DNA of 64,000 nucleotides from an uncultured Candidatus Saccharibacteria bacterium (GCA_964609135.1 CAZSQQ010000002.1:13349-77348), one strand, 5' to 3'. Counted from the stretch's first letter, positions 47,280-56,113 are shown. Numbers and translations: made by a program. Notes: generated from the sequence alone by a model not told the origin.

Positions 47280-48234
47280 CGCCAATCGCGCTATTGCTCC
47301 AACTTTGATAATCAAAACGAGGAGCCGTTAAGCGGTAGGAAACTTCGCCGACTTTGTCGCCATAGACAGTTAACTTACCGGAGTGAGCTTCTTTCTTATA
47401 CCAAGCCCTGCCGTCAAACCCGGGAGAAACTATAACTGATAAATTCTGCCAATTTTTGCCAAAGTCGGTAATCTGATAGAAAAGCCATAAGTCCGAGCCT
47501 TTCTCGGCATTCTTGAAATCAAGAACCGCCTCGGCAATTTTCAATTTTGAATTTTCAATTTTCAATTTAAGAACGCCTGTCGTTTCTTCTTTTACGCCAG
47601 TCATGCTGGGTAGATAAGTGGCGAATCTCTCGCCACCGATGGTATAAATCGGATCAACTGTGCCGGCATCGAGTTTTCCAGAGCCGCCACCGACTACCAC
47701 TGTGCCGCCGCTTGGGGCAATAAGCACATTGCCTTTGGTCGCGTTAGAAGTTGAGTCCAGTGTCAGAGTGCCGCTCACGGTGCTGTTTCCGAAAAGCGTG
47801 AAACCGGCGGCGTTGATGTTGCTCGCCCAAGGTGTCTGCGGTGAAGTTGCGGCGGCCGCGCTTGTCCAAGCCGTGCCATTCGAGGTTAAAACATTGCCGC
47901 TTGCTCCCGGAGCTACGGCCGTAAAGGCGGAAGCGGCATTACCAATCAAAGCTCCCGATAAGGTGGTGGCGCCGGTACCACCTTGGGCAACAGTCAAAGC
48001 GGTAGTAAGTCCGGTAATGGAGGTAATATCCGAGTTCGCGCCCGAGGCGGCCGCACCCAAATTGGTTCTCGCGCCGGAAGCGGTCGTCCCGGCGGTCCCG
48101 CCGTTCGCTATGGGAACCGGCCCGCCGCCCGTGGGCGGAGCAGCCGAGGGATTGGTCCAGGCCCTAACCACTCCGAAGAGAGCCATAAAGCCCACGAGAA
48201 CTAAAACAAAATAAAGCGGGAGGTTCTTAGTCAT
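47242..48234 (-). CDS. secreted fibre-like protein (phage tail-fibre-type GGTG repeats)
   Basis: AWTNPS..PP, PIANGGTAGTTASGARTNLG, VAQGGTGAT, VLTSNGT; C-terminal DPIYTIGG...Y...GVKEE. Confidence 0.75.
   Translation of the reverse strand: MTKNLPLYFVLVLVGFMALFGVVRAWTNPSAAPPTGGGPVPIANGGTAGTTASGARTNLGAAASGANSDITSITGLTTALTVAQGGTGATTLSGALIGNAASAFTAVAPGASGNVLTSNGTAWTSAAAATSPQTPWASNINAAGFTLFGNSTVSGTLTLDSTSNATKGNVLIAPSGGTVVVGGGSGKLDAGTVDPIYTIGGERFATYLPSMTGVKEETTGVLKLKIENSKLKIAEAVLDFKNAEKGSDLWLFYQITDFGKNWQNLSVIVSPGFDGRAWYKKEAHSGKLTVYGDKVGEVSYRLTAPRFDYQSWSNSAIGDENVQGFIVPTK
47537..47568. repeat. TTTTCAA/TTTTGAA heptamer tandem repeat
   Basis: Encodes KLKIENSKLKI in frame. Confidence 0.6.
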
Positions 48235-48314
48235 TTTATCTTTATCTCATTATACATTATTCGTTTTCTACTTACTAACAAGCTATCAAGCTAACTAAAG
48301 GGCTAACAAGCTCG

Positions 48315-49703
48315 CTACGGGCTCCAGTTAACTATGACATCGTCAACTACCGGAAGTCCGCTGGAAGAGGAAGCAACCTGCATCACCTTATAACTCACCG
48401 TCCCACAGGTAGAGGTGTTGGAGCAGTTGAAGCTTATCCAGCCCAAAGCGTCATTCCAGCCCCAGCCGGAGAAGTCCCCGGTCGTGGTATTCAACAACAC
48501 CCTGTAATCCGACGTAGCGCAGGTATTGCCGATAACGCTATTGTTGCAATTGAAGCTTATCCAGCCAACGGCATCGTTCCAGCCCCAGCCGGCAAGATTG
48601 CCGGCGCCGTCATTGGTAACGTTGAAGTTGCTGGTACTGCAGATATTGCCATTGGGGGAAGTGGCGCAGTCAAAGGCTATGTAAGAACCGGCGAAGCTCT
48701 CCCAGACGGCATAACCCTGAATGAGACTGGGGGTTATGTTAACGGTCCCCGGCGAGAAGAAGTTCATCCAGCCGAAGGAATCGTTCCAGGCCCATTTGTT
48801 TACGGAGTCGATGCCGGTCGAGGGAAGAGTATAGATGCCATCTAAGAAAACCTTATATCTATAGTAGCGCTTATTGTTGTGATAAATGCCCGCGATCTGA
48901 ATGGGGCTATTGGGACCGCTCGGGCTGTAATAAGTTGCCGATGATCCGTCCGACCCCAAAAAGGCGCCGTCACCGGCAGTCTTACTGCCTCCCCAGCCGA
49001 CACCCGCAGCACAGCCTGGAGCGTCGGTTGCGCCATTGGAACAATTGGCAGTTGCCAGTTGAAACTTAACCGCTGAATCGGTGGGCAGTGAACCCTGCCA
49101 GAGAAAGCTGTTAAAAGAAACTCCGTTAGAGTAGCCGGTGTCAAAAGTGCTGGAGATTAAGTTCCCGGCAACAGGCCCGGAGATATTTTGGCTCACCTTA
49201 TAACTCACCGTCCCACAGGTAGAGGTGTTGGAGCAGTTGAAGCTTATCCAGCCCAAAGCGTCATTCCAGCCCCAGCCGGAGAAGTCCCCGGTCGTGGTAT
49301 TCAACAACACCCTGTAATCCGACGTAGCGCAGGTATTGCCGATAACGCTATTGTTGCAATTGAAGCTTATCCAGCCAACGGCATCGTTCCAGCCCCAGCC
49401 GGCAAGATTGCCGGCGCCGTCATTGGTAACGTTGAAGTTGCTGGTACTGCAGATATTGCCATTGGGGGAAGTGGCGCAGTCAAAGGCTATGTAAGAACCG
49501 GCGAAGCTCTCCCAGACGGCATAACCCTGAATGAGACTGGGGGTTATGTTAACGGTCCCCGGCGAGAAGAAGTTCATCCAGCCGAAGGAATCGTTCCAGG
49601 CCCATTTGTTGGTGGAATTAATGTTGGTGGCGGCAGAAGCAATTTCCGGAAAACCAAATGACAAAACCACAATGACCAATAAGATTGAATTAAAAATTTT
49701 CAT
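48315..49703 (-). CDS. secreted GW(A/G)W-repeat protein
   Basis: Signal peptide; WAWNDSFGWMNF and GWGWND..GWISFNC repeats; ends VDDVIVNWSP. Confidence 0.85.
   Translation of the reverse strand: MKIFNSILLVIVVLSFGFPEIASAATNINSTNKWAWNDSFGWMNFFSPGTVNITPSLIQGYAVWESFAGSYIAFDCATSPNGNICSTSNFNVTNDGAGNLAGWGWNDAVGWISFNCNNSVIGNTCATSDYRVLLNTTTGDFSGWGWNDALGWISFNCSNTSTCGTVSYKVSQNISGPVAGNLISSTFDTGYSNGVSFNSFLWQGSLPTDSAVKFQLATANCSNGATDAPGCAAGVGWGGSKTAGDGAFLGSDGSSATYYSPSGPNSPIQIAGIYHNNKRYYRYKVFLDGIYTLPSTGIDSVNKWAWNDSFGWMNFFSPGTVNITPSLIQGYAVWESFAGSYIAFDCATSPNGNICSTSNFNVTNDGAGNLAGWGWNDAVGWISFNCNNSVIGNTCATSDYRVLLNTTTGDFSGWGWNDALGWISFNCSNTSTCGTVSYKVMQVASSSSGLPVVDDVIVNWSP
48383..48800. repeat. 418-bp perfect direct repeat (C-terminal copy in the gene)
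   Basis: Identical to 49193-49610; offset 810 bp, in frame. Confidence 0.95.
49193..49610. repeat. 418-bp perfect direct repeat (N-terminal copy in the gene)
   Basis: Identical to 48383-48800. Confidence 0.95.
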
Positions 49704-49726
49704 AGTTCAATGCGATTCACTACAAG
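49704..49726. repeat. degenerate junction repeat
   Basis: AGTTCAATGCGATTCACTACAAG fills the whole gap between TGA (49727) and ATG (49703). Confidence 0.7.
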
Positions 49727-51049
49727 TCATGGCACTTGAATTTGGATAGACCCGGGGGTGGTTGACGCATCGATCTTGGTCTGCGAAGAATAACCGGTGT
49801 TAGGACTTGTAACCGGCCCTTCAGCGCCAGACCCTCCATTCCAGTTGCTGAATTGGGTAATTTCGTTTTTGGAGCGAGTCAAAAATTCAGAAGCTTGGAT
49901 TTGCGGAGACCCCCCGAACTGACTCCACGAAACCGTAGCCGTGACTTTCTGCGTTGAGGGATCTTCCGTGCCGCCAGTCGCTACGATTGATCCGCCGGAA
50001 TCACGATTAACGTTTTCAACCGACAAATAGCGGGTGAAGGGACGGGAATTATAGGTTTGAGTGACCTCGGCCGCCGAGACCGCCCGCTTGTAAATTTTAA
50101 CGTCGTCTATCCTGTGACTCGCGGACGTTCCATCGGCGTCCCCCATCCGAACAGATCCGGCAGTATAAAGCGTTTGGCTCGCGAGAGCCGAGGTTGTCGT
50201 ACATTGAACTCCGTCCAAATAAACCTTAACAGTTGTGCCGTCATAGGTTCCAAGCAAGTGATGCCAGGCATTTAAAGTAAACGACGGGGCGCAACCCGAG
50301 GCGTTAAATTGGCTCACTCCATTAAAAACTCCGAAGAGGGCGTTGCCGCCGGAATCGGCAAATAAATTCCAGCCGCCGGCGGCGGAGAAATTATTGGCCA
50401 CCAGATCATCAAAGTTAATATGACCGGTCAAATAAACCCAGGCCGAAACAGTTATGGCTGTGGTTGGGAACCCGCTCGGGGGCGCAATCGTGACATACTG
50501 GCCGGTCCCGCTAAGAGTTAGGCAGTCGCTCACGAAACAGGAGACTGTTCTCACGGGACTGCCAGTCAAAGTCCCGTTATTGCCAACACCGGAGGAATCA
50601 TAGGCATTGACCCCTGAAGCCTCATCCAGTTTCCATTGACCAACCAAGCCGTCCCTAATCTCATTTTCAGGAACCCCCTCTTTACCGGTTACGACGGTGA
50701 AATCGGCGCCCGTTGCATTCACAAGATAATAATTGGTAGAAGGGCCCTTGCTAGCCACATTATAAAGATTGGTCCAACCGGCCTGGGAAAAAGACCGCGC
50801 GTTATCAATGAGCTCTTGACTTAACAGATTGGCGGTTTGCACGGTGCGATTTTGGGCGTTGATGCGAAGCGTCAAAACTATCGCTCCCGCCGCCGAGCCG
50901 ATAATCAAGGTTCCAATGGCCACAGCCACGAGCACCTCAACCATTGATTGACCCCTTCGATGTGACTCACTCTTCGACTCTCGCTCAGAGTGCCCTGAGC
51001 TTGTCGAATGGGCAGGGCGGGCCCTCCTCTTGTTAAAACTGGTAGGCAT
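49727..51049 (-). CDS. PilV-like minor pilin with an inserted LamG/ConA-like domain
   Basis: RG^QSMVEVLVA prepilin motif, GLVGQWKLDE, W.H...TYDG..., IDDV.IY.RA, DPSTQKVT..VSW. Confidence 0.85.
   Translation of the reverse strand: MPTSFNKRRARPAHSTSSGHSERESKSESHRRGQSMVEVLVAVAIGTLIIGSAAGAIVLTLRINAQNRTVQTANLLSQELIDNARSFSQAGWTNLYNVASKGPSTNYYLVNATGADFTVVTGKEGVPENEIRDGLVGQWKLDEASGVNAYDSSGVGNNGTLTGSPVRTVSCFVSDCLTLSGTGQYVTIAPPSGFPTTAITVSAWVYLTGHINFDDLVANNFSAAGGWNLFADSGGNALFGVFNGVSQFNASGCAPSFTLNAWHHLLGTYDGTTVKVYLDGVQCTTTSALASQTLYTAGSVRMGDADGTSASHRIDDVKIYKRAVSAAEVTQTYNSRPFTRYLSVENVNRDSGGSIVATGGTEDPSTQKVTATVSWSQFGGSPQIQASEFLTRSKNEITQFSNWNGGSGAEGPVTSPNTGYSSQTKIDASTTPGSIQIQVP
50955..51008. repeat. cluster of three CTTCGA..CTCA REP-like units inside a prepilin leader
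   Basis: CTTCGATGTGACTCAC, CTTCGACTCTCGCTCAG and CTGAGCTTGTCGAA encode HSTSSGHSERESKSESHRR. Confidence 0.75.
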
Positions 51050-51078
51050 TTCCTATTTAAGTATAAATCACTTGTTGT

Positions 51079-51102
51079 GGTTCGACATAGCTCACCGTAA
51101 AT
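51079..51102. repeat. junction repeat supplying a stop codon
   Basis: GGTTCGACATAGCTCACCGTAAAT contains the TGA that ends 51092..52219. Confidence 0.8.
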
Positions 51103-52219
51103 TGAAATTATAAAGAGTGGTGACCTCTGAAGCCGAGAGAGCCCGGCTATAGACACGAACTTCATCAATCGAACCGCTTAGAAATCCGGAAGCGAGGTCG
51201 CTTTTCACGGCCATAGTAAAGGGCGCGGCATTCACGTTAACCGAGGTTATGGTTGTGGCCGCGGAATTCTGAAGAGACCCGTCAATATAAATCCTTGCCG
51301 CCACCCCAGACTCAAAAACGCCAACCAAATGATGGAAAGTGCCGTCAGCTAAATTCGATGTGCCGGATACACTCACATTGGTTGTGCCATTAGAAACATA
51401 GAATTGTCCAAATCCAGAAGTTGCCGCAATATTCAGATTGTAAGCGATGGAGGCGTCTAGATCAGTATTGCGCTTGGCAATAATGTAAGCTAAAGCTGTC
51501 GAGGAAGTTTTAATCCAAGCGCTAAGAGAAAAGGAGCTCCCAACATTTAAACTTGAACCATTGCCGGCAGTGACATAATTAGAAGCGCCGTTAAAACTTA
51601 AACAGTTGCCGCTCTTGCAAGAGACTCCCGCAACCCATGTTGGCGCGGCGGCCGAAAAAGTTCCGCTATTGCCGTTCCCGGAATTGTCATTAGCCGTCGT
51701 GCCGGTATTTTCATCTAAATCCCAGTAGCCGACCAGGTCTTTTATGAGGTCGTAGTCAATCTTGCCGGACGTATTCACGGACACGAGACCAATCTGATTC
51801 GATAAAACCGATGAACTTATAACAATATTTGTACTTATATTCGGAATTCCGGTGGCCTTATCAAAAATCACGTCCCTGGAAGTATTGTTAACGGGATCGG
51901 TGAAATCAAGCTGGGGGCTAAGTGAAATTTTGGCGAGCACGGTGCCCGCCGCATAACTTGCGCCGCTCCAAATTTCGTAATAATCGTTGTCCGCTCCGGT
52001 CGGATTCCAGAATCTGATTCCCCACTGCAAACCGTTTTCTTGCGCCCTTGACCTCTGGGCGGTTTGCCTCACGTCGCTTAGAACCCTGAAAGTCATGCTG
52101 TTTAAAACCTGCTTTCCGCGAATGCCAAAATATCCCGGGGCCACAACGGCCGCGAGGAATGCCGTAACGGCCAAGACTATCAAGACTTCAACCAAAGTGA
52201 ACCCCTTCCTAGATGACAT
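51092..52219 (-). CDS. FimT/GspH-like minor pilin with a C-terminal LamG domain
   Basis: KG^FTLVEVL, LVGYWDLDE, F.GSIDEVRVYSRALSA. Confidence 0.88.
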   Translation of the reverse strand: MSSRKGFTLVEVLIVLAVTAFLAAVVAPGYFGIRGKQVLNSMTFRVLSDVRQTAQRSRAQENGLQWGIRFWNPTGADNDYYEIWSGASYAAGTVLAKISLSPQLDFTDPVNNTSRDVIFDKATGIPNISTNIVISSSVLSNQIGLVSVNTSGKIDYDLIKDLVGYWDLDENTGTTANDNSGNGNSGTFSAAAPTWVAGVSCKSGNCLSFNGASNYVTAGNGSSLNVGSSFSLSAWIKTSSTALAYIIAKRNTDLDASIAYNLNIAATSGFGQFYVSNGTTNVSVSGTSNLADGTFHHLVGVFESGVAARIYIDGSLQNSAATTITSVNVNAAPFTMAVKSDLASGFLSGSIDEVRVYSRALSASEVTTLYNFNLR

Positions 52220-52279
52220 GCCGATTATATATAAATTTTTGAACCTTTGGGTGATAAAAATTTATCCATAGAATCGAGC

Positions 52280-52385
52280 ACCCCGCACCAGTTTACGCAA
52301 AATCGACCATTTTCATAGGGGGAAAGCGAATCTTGAGTTAGGTGACTTGGATGGGTCATGGTGTTCATAAAAACTGGTGCGGGGT
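52280..52385. mobile_element. MITE-like element with 15-bp perfect TIRs
   Basis: ACCCCGCACCAGTTT ... AAACTGGTGCGGGGT enclose 76 bp with no long ORF. Confidence 0.6.
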
Positions 52386-52396
52386 AAGGTTTTGTT

Positions 52397-52418
52397 TCTC
52401 CGACGTAAGCGTCGGAGA
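52397..52418 (-). terminator. hairpin downstream of pilC
   Basis: TCTCCGACG-TAAG-CGTCGGAGA. Confidence 0.45.
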
Positions 52419-52426
52419 CAAAGCCC

Positions 52427-53638
52427 TTAAACCTTTCCCACCAGTTGATAGACGGGAATGATTATGGCGAGCGCGATCACTCCCACAATCATGCCGATAA
52501 TGAGGAGGAGAACCGGTTCCAAGAACGATATTAAAATCTTGAGAGACGAATCAATTTCAGACTCATAGAACTCGGACAGGGTCTCGAGGATGCTCTCCAA
52601 GTGACCGGATTTTTCGGAAATGGCGATTAGATTCACAACCACTCTCGGAAAATATGTCTCCCGGTGAAAAGCTTCACCGATTGTCAAACCCTTGGCGATG
52701 CCCTCCCTGGAAATTCTAATCAGAGTCGCTTCCATGTCCGGATTGCCGACGGTTTTGGCGGTTATCTCCATCGCTTCCAGGATCGGCATCCCCGACCGCA
52801 AAAGCGAAGAGAGGGTCGAGGCAAATCTCTGCAAGGCGATTCTATAAATAATTTCGCTAACCACCGGCAATCTCACCAAAGTTCTTCTTAAAATCCTTTG
52901 CCCAAGAAAATTTTTGAAAAAGAAAAACCATGAGCCAAAAACGGCGGAGACGAGAAACAACAATACCGCGAAAGCGTTATGGCCCAAAAAGAGCCCGATA
53001 GAAAAAACAATCTTGGAAAAAAGCGGCGGCTCAATGCCGGCCGAAAGGAAGGTTTCGGCTATCCGAGGCAACGCGAAGGTGATCATAAGAAACAGGATCA
53101 CGAGTGACAGGAAAACAAGAACTACCGGATAAATAAGAGCGCTCTTAATTTTGTTCCTTAACTGTTGTTCTTTCTCCAAGCCCCGACTCAAGTCTTCAAA
53201 AATCTGATCCAGATTGCCCGAGACCTCTCCGGCACGAATGAGATTGGTAAAAACCGCCGAAAAGTACTTGGGGTATTTCTCGAAAGTGGTATAGAAAGGC
53301 TGTCCCCGGCTTAAGGCGTCCTTGATTTCCAAGAGAAGAGTTTTAACCGACGGTTTCTCAAAGTCGGCGATTAAAATATCTATGGCGCTGAATAGATCGG
53401 TCCCGACTCTAAGCATCAAAGCCAGGTACTTGGTTAAGAATACCTTGTCGGCCGTGGTAATGGATTCTGAAAAGACGCCCTTAACCCCCCTGGTTTCAAC
53501 CGCCCCCAAAGATTTTAGGGAAACCGGACGAAGACCCTGCTTCCCCATCCACTCCAAGACTTCGCTTGGGGCTCCGGCTTCCAAGTCGCCTTCGACGGCG
53601 TTATTTTTTGCGTCGGTGGCGATATAATGAAATCTCAT
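52427..53638 (-). CDS. pilC: type IV pilus platform protein PilC (GspF family)
   Basis: AGE.SGNL, KIKSALIYP, LL.SG.PI, E.SG.L, LEP motifs. Confidence 0.93.
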   Translation of the reverse strand: MRFHYIATDAKNNAVEGDLEAGAPSEVLEWMGKQGLRPVSLKSLGAVETRGVKGVFSESITTADKVFLTKYLALMLRVGTDLFSAIDILIADFEKPSVKTLLLEIKDALSRGQPFYTTFEKYPKYFSAVFTNLIRAGEVSGNLDQIFEDLSRGLEKEQQLRNKIKSALIYPVVLVFLSLVILFLMITFALPRIAETFLSAGIEPPLFSKIVFSIGLFLGHNAFAVLLFLVSAVFGSWFFFFKNFLGQRILRRTLVRLPVVSEIIYRIALQRFASTLSSLLRSGMPILEAMEITAKTVGNPDMEATLIRISREGIAKGLTIGEAFHRETYFPRVVVNLIAISEKSGHLESILETLSEFYESEIDSSLKILISFLEPVLLLIIGMIVGVIALAIIIPVYQLVGKV

Positions 53639-53639
53639 T

Positions 53640-55349
53640 TTACTCTCTAATGACTCGGAATATTTCTTCGATGGTGGTAATTCCCTGTTCGACTTTTCTT
53701 AAACCGTCTTCAAACATACTTATCATACCCTCTTTTTTAGCTAAAGCCCTAAGGGCGTCGAGCGAAAAGTCGGGACTCACAATTAACTTCCTGACTTCTT
53801 CGGTAATTTCCAGCACCTCGAAAATACCTACCCGTCCCTGATAGCCGCTCTCATTATCGGCCGCACAGCCCTTGCCTTTGTATAACAGCTTGGGAAGCCT
53901 GTACTCATTCGGGTCAAATCCCAATTCGGATAGCTGTTTCCTCACGGCCGCCTCGGTTTGGGCGTCGAGCTCGTAAGACTCGATACAATCAAGATGAATC
54001 TTTCTTACCAGCCTTTGAGACAAAACGGCATTTAAGACGGCAGCCACCAGGAATTGGGGGACTTTCATATCCATAAGACGGGGAATGGCCGTCGGAGCGT
54101 CGTTGGTGTGGAGCGAAGACAAGACCAAATGCCCCGTCAAGGCTGACTGCACGGCAATGCCGGCGGTGTCCTCGTCGCGAATTTCTCCAACCATGATGAT
54201 ATTGGGATCCTGTCTCAAAATAGACTTGAGACCGGTCGCAAAAGTCACGCCAGCGACGGGATTAATTTGGGTTTGATTGATAAACTTGATATCGTATTCA
54301 ATTGGATCCTCAACGGTCACAATATTCACTTGAGGGTGATTCAGGGAGGCGAGGACCGAATAGAGGGTGGTGGTTTTGCCGGCTCCGGTCGGACCGCAGA
54401 CCAAAACCATTCCGTAGCTTTTTTTGACATTCTCTTCCAAAAGTTTCACGGTGTCCTCAAACATGCCCAATTCCGCAAAAGATAAGGGGCGGCTCACGGC
54501 TGTGAGTAACCTCATCTCCACCTTCTCTCCATAGAAGGTGGGCATGATGGCGACTCTAACGTCAATCGTCTCCGTGCCGACTTGATAGCGGAAACGGCCG
54601 TCTTGCGGCTTGGAGTGCTCGTCAATCTTCAAGCCCGAGAGAAGTTTGATCCTGGCCGTGACCGCCGGATGAATTTCTTTGGGGAGTCTGAACATTTCAT
54701 AGAGAATGCCGTCAACCCTGTAGCGGACGAGAATTGAGTCCTCGAAAATCTCCATATGGACGTCCGATGACCTCAAGGACATCGCGTAAGACAAGAGATT
54801 GTCAACGGTCGCGATGATTGGGACATCGGTCGCCGCCGCCTCTCCTTTGGCGCGACTCTCAAGCGATTTTCTCACGCTCTCTTCGATCGTTTCCTGAAAA
54901 CTCTTCGCTGAAACTTTGCCGTAAAGCGAATAGCCTTTATTCAAATCCCCCTCGCTCGCGATATAGGGCTTGATTCGGACTTTCAAATAACTCTCCAAGA
55001 ATTCTATGGTTAAGAGGTTCGAGGGATCCTCCATGGCGGCTCCGAGCACACCGGGAGATTCCTCACGAAATATTATTGTTCTTTTATCTCTGGCTATATT
55101 TTCGGGCAGGAGTTTCAGGACGTTCGCGTCTATCTCGCCGCCCTCGATCCTCGAGAGAGGCACGCTTAAATAGAAAGAGAGAGCGTTAATGTAGTAATCC
55201 TCGGTAATGATGTGCCGAGAAATCAAGGTATCGGCCAAACCTTGCCCCAGGCGAGCGGCTTCCGAGGCCACCTCATCAAAAACCTCCGGAGCGATAAGTT
55301 GATCTTGAGTAAGAATCTCTTTCAATTTTTGCGGAGGAATCTGGAGCAT
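53640..55349 (-). CDS. pilB: type IV pilus assembly ATPase PilB (GspE/PulE)
   Basis: SDVH, RYRVDG, PQDGR, GPTGAGKTTT, EDPIEY, LRQDP..IMVGEIRD, TGHLV.S.LHTN. Confidence 0.95.
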   Translation of the reverse strand: MLQIPPQKLKEILTQDQLIAPEVFDEVASEAARLGQGLADTLISRHIITEDYYINALSFYLSVPLSRIEGGEIDANVLKLLPENIARDKRTIIFREESPGVLGAAMEDPSNLLTIEFLESYLKVRIKPYIASEGDLNKGYSLYGKVSAKSFQETIEESVRKSLESRAKGEAAATDVPIIATVDNLLSYAMSLRSSDVHMEIFEDSILVRYRVDGILYEMFRLPKEIHPAVTARIKLLSGLKIDEHSKPQDGRFRYQVGTETIDVRVAIMPTFYGEKVEMRLLTAVSRPLSFAELGMFEDTVKLLEENVKKSYGMVLVCGPTGAGKTTTLYSVLASLNHPQVNIVTVEDPIEYDIKFINQTQINPVAGVTFATGLKSILRQDPNIIMVGEIRDEDTAGIAVQSALTGHLVLSSLHTNDAPTAIPRLMDMKVPQFLVAAVLNAVLSQRLVRKIHLDCIESYELDAQTEAAVRKQLSELGFDPNEYRLPKLLYKGKGCAADNESGYQGRVGIFEVLEITEEVRKLIVSPDFSLDALRALAKKEGMISMFEDGLRKVEQGITTIEEIFRVIRE

Positions 55350-55469
55350 TGCTTTCCTTAGAGTATAACAGACAAACGACTCTCTGCATTACTGTTTGGC
55401 ACAGAACCGCGCTACAGTTAACTGTAGCGGTAGGGAGTCGGTATGAAAGAGATAAAATGCTTAAAAATT

Positions 55470-56063
55470 TTACAAAGTCAGGTCGGTGCCCGTCTCGTAG
55501 AAGGCGTTGTCGCCGCCATCCTTACCGTCCAGATCGAGGGTGGTCTTATATTTGACGCTCTCAAAGGAAGCGTTAATTTCAAAGGTTTTAGCCGCCTGGT
55601 CGCAAGCATAACGATAGATGAGATCGCCGGTATTGGTAGGATCGATGGCTAGAGTGCCAAAGGGCGATCCGCCGGAAATGCTGGTAAAGTTAATTGGCAG
55701 CCAACCGCTGCCGCCGACCGTTCTCACAGCCGTAACCACTGTCGCGAGACCCGCGCCGGCGTTTCTCTTCAAAAAAGTGCTGGTGGTGGCGTCTGCGTAA
55801 ACATAACCGTCGCCGGCTGTCGCCCCAACGGTGCAGGCGGTATCGGCCAGAGCTCCATTAAGGTCGGGAGAGGTAGCATCAGATAAATAAAGAGAGATGG
55901 CGCTGCTTAGGGCGGCCAGATCGGAGATTCGGGTCGAGTCCCTGGCTTGAGCGAGCAATTCGGCGGGGTTTAAAACCACAACGGTGGTTGCCGCCAAAAC
56001 TCCCAAAATTCCGATAACGATGAGAAGCTCAATTAAAGTAAAACCTTTTTTATTGGCAGTCAT
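55470..56063 (-). CDS. pilA: type IV major pilin-like protein
   Basis: KKG^FTLIELLIVIGI...NP......ARD..R.SD, DP.N. Confidence 0.88.
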   Translation of the reverse strand: MTANKKGFTLIELLIVIGILGVLAATTVVVLNPAELLAQARDSTRISDLAALSSAISLYLSDATSPDLNGALADTACTVGATAGDGYVYADATTSTFLKRNAGAGLATVVTAVRTVGGSGWLPINFTSISGGSPFGTLAIDPTNTGDLIYRYACDQAAKTFEINASFESVKYKTTLDLDGKDGGDNAFYETGTDLTL

Positions 56064-56113
56064 GATTACTCTAATGTAGTATAGCAAACTTGGGGGATAT
56101 TGCTTGGGGATAA

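Noticed and set aside
32482-48314. Prophage or integrative element
   Set aside because: No integrase, terminase, capsid or att duplication was seen; the fibre-like gene has a signal peptide.
46190-51102. CRISPR array or integron attC array
   Set aside because: Spacing is 0.4-2.6 kb and the copies are degenerate; there are no cas or intI genes and no RYYYAAC...GTTRRRY attC structure.
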